The translations under genes were made by a program, and so were the position numbers. From positions 34,448 through 98,447 of the forward strand of contig CAZEPJ010000001.1 of NCBI GenBank assembly GCA_964514105.1: a stretch of DNA of 64,000 bases, in the 5' to 3' direction. The notes beneath the pieces are model-generated. The model did no database searches, had not been told where the DNA came from, and saw nothing but the letters and a program-made list of their open reading frames with translations. The stretch is from an uncultured Desulfarculaceae bacterium (GTDB lineage Bacteria; Desulfobacterota; Desulfocorpusculales; Desulfocorpusculum). Shown here piece after piece: positions 59,725-64,000 of this stretch (position 1 is the stretch's first letter; every line of letters starts with the position of its first letter).

Positions 59725-61137
59725 TCAGCGGCCGCAACCTGCCGCTGACCACAGAAACGCCAGCGCCCGGGCGGCCCGCTCGGGCGTGGGGTAATTCACC
59801 AGCGCGCCGTCCCGCACCAGATCCTTCAACTCCCGTTCCCACACGCCCGGCGGGGCCGAGAGGCACGCGACGATCGGCTTGCTTGGCGTCCGGGGCGTCA
59901 ACAGGTCGGACAGCGCCCGGAGCACGCCCTCGTTGGCCGATGCGAACATGATCAGGAGCAGGATGGCGTCGGTGTCCGGTGCCTCCATGGCGACCTGCAC
60001 GATGGCGCGCATGGCCACCGAGTCGTGCCACGCGGGCCCCATGTCGACGGGGTTGGTGCGCATGGCCAGGGGCGGAAGGAGTTGATCTATGGCCTCCTGG
60101 GTGGTGGACTGGAACGGGATCACGGCCAACCCCTCGGCCTCACAGACGTCGCAGGCAGCCACGGCGGGGCCCGCCTGCCCCGACAGGATGGCCACCCGCC
60201 GGCCCGCCGGAAGGGGACACCGAGCCAGGGCCACTGAGGCGTCCAGGAGGGCCTCCGCGCTGTCCGCGGTCAGGAGGCCTGCCTGCCGGAAGGCCCCTTG
60301 GTAGAGTTCGTGGCGGCCGGCCAGAGAACCCGTGTGGGAGCGGCTGGCCAGATCGGCTACATCCCCCTTGCCCACCTTGTAGATCACCATGGGCTTGCGC
60401 CCGCGCAAGCGCCGGGTCTCCTCCAGCAGAGCCCGGGGGGCATCCAGCCCTTCCACGTACATGGCGATGACGCGCGTGGTCGGGTCCTCTACCAGGTACT
60501 CGAGCAGGTGGGCAAATTCCACATTGCAGCGGTTCCCCAGTCCCACGACCTTGCTGAAGCCGACCCCCGCACCCATGCCCAGGAAGGCCAGAAGGTGGGA
60601 CATGCCGCCGCTCTGGCTGAGAAGGGTCACGTGACCCGGTTCCAGCTGCGAAAACTGGGGCGTGAAGGATGCGTTCAGCTTGGCGTGCAGGTTGACGAGA
60701 CCGAAGGTGTTGGGGCCCACCACCGGGATCCGGGCCTCCGTGGCCAGTCGGGCCACGTCGTCTTGGAGATCCGCCCCGCTGGCGTCGTCGAGCTCCTTGA
60801 ACCCTGCACTGATGATCACGATGCTGCGGACACCTCTCTGGGCGCACATTCGCACCTGGTCCACCACGCGGGCTGCGGGAACCACCAGGATGGCGAGATC
60901 CGGGGGATGGGGGGTCTGAGCGACGGAAGAGCACGCCGGGCGCCCCATGACCTCACGCCTGCCCGGGTTCACGGGCCAGGTCAAACCCCTGTAGCCCCCT
61001 TCAACCAGGCTCTTCATCACGTGGAAACCCAGCTTGGCAGGGTCGTCGGAGGCCCCCACCACGGCCACGGATCTGGGATTGAACAGGGAATCCAGATGAA
61101 ATCGCACGGAGGCTCCCAAGCTCGGTGCGGCCCGCAC
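59725..61137 (-). CDS. Acyl-CoA synthetase (NDP-forming) alpha-type subunit / CoA-binding-domain protein
   Basis: CoA-binding Rossmann N-terminus (VAVVGASDDPAKLG) plus a succinyl-CoA-synthetase-like flavodoxin domain and the phosphohistidine region SRSHTGSLAG. Confidence 0.7.
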   Translation of the reverse strand: MRAAPSLGASVRFHLDSLFNPRSVAVVGASDDPAKLGFHVMKSLVEGGYRGLTWPVNPGRREVMGRPACSSVAQTPHPPDLAILVVPAARVVDQVRMCAQRGVRSIVIISAGFKELDDASGADLQDDVARLATEARIPVVGPNTFGLVNLHAKLNASFTPQFSQLEPGHVTLLSQSGGMSHLLAFLGMGAGVGFSKVVGLGNRCNVEFAHLLEYLVEDPTTRVIAMYVEGLDAPRALLEETRRLRGRKPMVIYKVGKGDVADLASRSHTGSLAGRHELYQGAFRQAGLLTADSAEALLDASVALARCPLPAGRRVAILSGQAGPAVAACDVCEAEGLAVIPFQSTTQEAIDQLLPPLAMRTNPVDMGPAWHDSVAMRAIVQVAMEAPDTDAILLLIMFASANEGVLRALSDLLTPRTPSKPIVACLSAPPGVWERELKDLVRDGALVNYPTPERAARALAFLWSAAGCGR

Positions 61138-61173
61138 GCCCCGCCGTGCCGGCGGCCATGCACCGCCCCTGAC

Positions 61174-61965
61174 TCATCTCCCCTGGAAGGATGGATCTCG
61201 CTTCTCCAGCTTGGCCCGAACCCCCTCCAGGAAGTCCTCGGTATTGAGGAGCATGCTCTGGACTTGGGTAGTGTGATCCAGGGCCGAGACCATGTCCGTA
61301 TCCTGCGCCTTGTCCACGGCCCGTTTCCCCAGGCCCACGGCCAGAGGCGGTAGCTGCAGGATCTCGTCCACCCAGCGCCGCACCTCTTCCTCCAGCCTAT
61401 CGGCCCCCACCGCCCGATTCACCAGCCCGATTCGCTCGGCCTCGGCCCCGTCGATGGTCCTCCCCAGCATGACCAGTTCCTTGGCCCTCGGGAGCCCGAC
61501 CACGCGGACCAGCCGCTGGCATCCCCCCAGGTCCGGGATGAGTCCGTACTTGACTTCGGGAAGGCTGAAGCGGGCGTCTCGGGTCGCGATGCGGAAGTCA
61601 CAAGCCAGGATGAGCTCCATGGCGGCCCCCAAGGCATAGCCGTGGATCTGGGCGACGACGGGCTTCTCCAGCAGTTCCAGACGATGGTAAGTCGCCTGCA
61701 ACCGCTGGAGATGATAACGGAAGCCTGGTGCCGCCCGGTCGATACCCCCCCCTGCAAGAGACTGCAGATCCGTGCCCGAGGAAAAGGCCCTTCCCGCCCC
61801 CCGAATGATGAGGGCCCGCGCATGGGACATGGAATTGACGTCGTCGAGGGCCTGTCCGAGCTCCACGAGTAGTTGGTGGCTGATGGCGTTGAGTTTCTCC
61901 GGTCGGTTGAGGGTCACGACGGCCAGGGGTCCATCGCTTTCGAGAATCAGGGTTTCGTAAGGCAT
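61174..61965 (-). CDS. Enoyl-CoA hydratase/isomerase (crotonase family)
   Basis: Internal ATG (MPYETLILESDGPLAVVTLNRPEKLNA) with a GGAGAGGAG RBS. The crotonase oxyanion-hole region is ALIIRGAGRAFSSGTDL. Confidence 0.85.
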   Translation of the reverse strand: MPYETLILESDGPLAVVTLNRPEKLNAISHQLLVELGQALDDVNSMSHARALIIRGAGRAFSSGTDLQSLAGGGIDRAAPGFRYHLQRLQATYHRLELLEKPVVAQIHGYALGAAMELILACDFRIATRDARFSLPEVKYGLIPDLGGCQRLVRVVGLPRAKELVMLGRTIDGAEAERIGLVNRAVGADRLEEEVRRWVDEILQLPPLAVGLGKRAVDKAQDTDMVSALDHTTQVQSMLLNTEDFLEGVRAKLEKRDPSFQGR

Positions 61966-62023
61966 GGATCCATCTCCTCTCCTGCCGGATCCAGCGCACC
62001 CCGCGCCGGTGGTCGGGCGTGGG

Positions 62024-62959
62024 CTATTGTACGCGCCTGGGCCGCTGCCCACAAGCGTCCTCTTTCCGGATTGCGGGGGTGGCGGGTCCCTCGGGAGAGG
62101 GCCCCAACTGGGCCGCCAGGATGCCCGACAGCATGAGCAGACAGCCCCAGCGGGAGCGTCCGGTCATGGATTCGCCCAGCAGTGCCCAGCCCGCAAGTGC
62201 CGCGAAGACCGCCTCCATGCTCAGGATGATGGCGGCGTGGGCGGGCGGGGCATGTCTCTGCCCCACCACCTGGAGGGTATACGCCACGCCCACAGAGAGC
62301 GCTCCGCCGTACAGGATGGGGATCGCCGCCTCCTGGAGGCCATCCAGGGTCAAGACCTCGGTGAACCCGGCCCCCATGAGGCTGAGGCCGGCGCACACGG
62401 TGAACTGGACGCAGGCCAGGCGCAGGCTGTCCATCCTGGGCGAAAGCCATCCCAGGACGAGCACGTGGCAGGCCCACAGGAATGCCCCGGCCAACACCCA
62501 CAAGTCACCCGGAGCAAAGGAGAGGGCTTGGGTGACGCTGAGGAGGTACAGACCCGCCGTGGCCAGCCCTGCCCCCACCCAGACCCCCGCCCCGCAGCGA
62601 TGTCCGAGGAACAGACCCAGCAGGGGGACCAGGATGACATAGAGGCCGGTGATGAACCCAGCCTTCCCCGCCGTGGTGTACACCAACCCCACCTGCTGGA
62701 GGGTGGCCGCGCCAAAAAGGACCGTCCCGGCCAGCGCCCCGCCCCATGGGACGGACATGCGGTCGGGGTCCGCCGCAGCCCGGGCTTGGACCCACCCCAC
62801 GACGGGAAGGAGGGTCAGGGCTCCCAGGGCGAAACGCACGCCATTGAAGGTCAGGGGCCCCATGTGCTCCATGCCTGCCCGCTGGGCCACGAAGGCTCCA
62901 CCCCAGATGACGGCGGCCGCCATCATGAAAAGATCCGCCCGGAGGGTCCTACCGGCCAT
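62024..62959 (-). CDS. EamA-family (DMT superfamily) transporter
   Basis: Internal ATG (MAGRTLRADLFMMAAAVIWGGAFVAQRAG). It has 10 TM segments in two EamA repeats. The table ORF N-terminal 320 aa are spurious. Confidence 0.7.
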   Translation of the reverse strand: MAGRTLRADLFMMAAAVIWGGAFVAQRAGMEHMGPLTFNGVRFALGALTLLPVVGWVQARAAADPDRMSVPWGGALAGTVLFGAATLQQVGLVYTTAGKAGFITGLYVILVPLLGLFLGHRCGAGVWVGAGLATAGLYLLSVTQALSFAPGDLWVLAGAFLWACHVLVLGWLSPRMDSLRLACVQFTVCAGLSLMGAGFTEVLTLDGLQEAAIPILYGGALSVGVAYTLQVVGQRHAPPAHAAIILSMEAVFAALAGWALLGESMTGRSRWGCLLMLSGILAAQLGPSPEGPATPAIRKEDACGQRPRRVQ

Positions 62960-63040
62960 CGCGCCCTCTTCCTTTCCGAGATGAAAGTGTGGTAGAAGGT
63001 AAAGTAGTGGCATCGGACATGTCAAGGGAAGCCTGGGGGC

Positions 63041-63069
63041 CGCGCCATCTCGTAGGGCGCGATTTTTTT
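63041..63069 (+). terminator. Intrinsic-terminator-like hairpin plus T-run in the korA upstream region
   Basis: CGCGCC-atctcgtag-GGCGCG followed by ATTTTTTT with no upstream plus-strand gene, suggesting a leader attenuator or small RNA. A second GGGGAGG-cc-CCTCCCC hairpin follows at 63074-63089. Confidence 0.35.
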
Positions 63070-63124
63070 GGGCCGGGGAGGCCCTCCCCAGGGTCCCGAG
63101 CACGCAGGGGAGGGGACGGAGGAG

Positions 63125-64000
63125 ATGCCGTTGGAGATCATGCCGAGCCTCCTGAGGCCAGGGGATCACTACCTGTCCGGCAATGAGGCGGCAGCCGAAG
63201 GGGCCCTGGCCTCGGGCTGTGACTTCTACGCCGGATACCCCATCACGCCGTCGACGGAGATCATGGAGCGCATGGCATGGCGTCTGCCCCAGGTGGGTGG
63301 AAGGCTCATCCAGATGGAGGACGAGATCGGCTCCCTGTGCGCGGTGGTGGGGGCGGTGTGGGCCGGGGCCAGGGGCATGACGGCCACATCGGGCCCCGGC
63401 TTCAGCCTCATGATGGAGGCGTTGGGATATGCCGCCTTCACCGAGACGCCTCTGGTGATCATCGATGTCCAGCGGGCCGGGCCGTGCACGGGACAGGCCA
63501 CCCGGGTGGGGGCCGGGGAGATCATGCAGGCCAAATGGGGCTCCCATGGGGACTATCAGATCATCGCCCTGAGTCCGTGGTCGGTCCAGGAGATGTACGA
63601 GATGGCCATCGACGCCTTCAACCTGGCCGAGCGGTTTCGGGTGCCCGTCATCGTCCTGGGGGAAGAGGCCGTGGGCCATCTGCGCGAGCGGGTGACGGTC
63701 CCGGCCACGGTGGAGGTGGTGCGGCGGGACCGGGATATCACCCGCGCCCCTTTTGGGACCGATTCCCCCGATGGCGTCCCGCCCATGCCTGCCTTCGGCG
63801 ACGGGGCCCGGCTCATGGTGACGGGATCCACCCATGATGAATGGGGGATCCGGCGGACCGAGGATGGTGAGGCCCACAGCAGATTGGTCACGCGACTGAA
63901 CCACAAGATCCTGGGACACCGGGGAGAGATTTGCCGCGTGGATGGCCGGTTCATGGAGGACGCCAGGGTGGCCGTGGTGGCCTACGGATTCACGGCCAGA
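63125..64000 (+). CDS. korA: 2-oxoacid:ferredoxin oxidoreductase alpha subunit (KorA/OorA-like), 3' partial
   Basis: Not in the ORF table because no stop falls within the window. A GGACGGAGGAG RBS precedes MPLEIMPSLLRPGDHYLSGNEAAAEGALASGCDFYAGYPITPSTEIMERMA...MEDEIGSLCAVVGAVWAGARGMTATSGPGFSLMMEA, matching the TPP-domain alpha-subunit pattern. Confidence 0.75.
   Translation, partial: MPLEIMPSLLRPGDHYLSGNEAAAEGALASGCDFYAGYPITPSTEIMERMAWRLPQVGGRLIQMEDEIGSLCAVVGAVWAGARGMTATSGPGFSLMMEALGYAAFTETPLVIIDVQRAGPCTGQATRVGAGEIMQAKWGSHGDYQIIALSPWSVQEMYEMAIDAFNLAERFRVPVIVLGEEAVGHLRERVTVPATVEVVRRDRDITRAPFGTDSPDGVPPMPAFGDGARLMVTGSTHDEWGIRRTEDGEAHSRLVTRLNHKILGHRGEICRVDGRFMEDARVAVVAYGFTAR

Noticed and set aside
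62960-63919. N-terminal 320 aa of table ORF 62024..63919- (upstream of EamA)
   Set aside because: Antisense to the korA coding frame with low-complexity H/P/G-rich translation. EamA homology starts at the internal Met with an RBS.

Overview
This is a high-GC (about 65-70%) bacterial chromosomal window, probably from an anaerobic Deltaproteobacteria-like lineage, densely coded on both strands. Left to right it contains: a UvrD/PcrA helicase; a secreted protein whose 5' leader resembles a c-di-GMP-I (GEMM) riboswitch; grpE-dnaK with a lipoprotein PLD/Nuc-like HKD gene translationally coupled to dnaK where dnaJ would be; lon; two tandem CorC/HlyC (DUF21-CBS) genes; gmhA plus a deoxyhypusine-synthase-like gene; a PilZ protein; an FmdB zinc ribbon. 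Next comes a locus of two HgdC/BcrAD-type [4Fe-4S] ATPase activators and a B12-binding radical SAM enzyme, converging on cydA-cydB (with a cydX-like mini-ORF) that sits directly downstream of an HgdAB/BcrBC-like radical-enzyme subunit pair. Then a RelA/SpoT-domain nucleotidyltransferase module (RSD protein, unknown protein, MBL-fold hydrolase, small conserved protein) abuts groES-groEL. An ~18 kb sugar-acid catabolic island follows: TctCBA transporter, four-cluster ferredoxin, tungsten-type aldehyde:ferredoxin oxidoreductase, DapA-family aldolase, KdgK, Eda, an IlvD/EDD-family dehydratase, a LarA-like racemase/epimerase, a CUT1-type sugar ABC transporter and a UxaA/GarD-family dehydratase. The window ends with decayed remnants of a molybdenum hydroxylase operon, a Dpp-type peptide ABC transporter plus an M20 peptidase, a small low-GC ORF with a strong promoter and terminator, an ADP-forming acyl-CoA synthetase, a crotonase, an EamA transporter and a 3'-partial 2-oxoacid:ferredoxin oxidoreductase alpha subunit. 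There are no rRNA, tRNA, CRISPR or obvious mobile elements. Many six-frame ORFs are spurious antisense or N-terminally over-extended products of the high GC content. Gene starts were refined from RBS positions and homolog N-termini.
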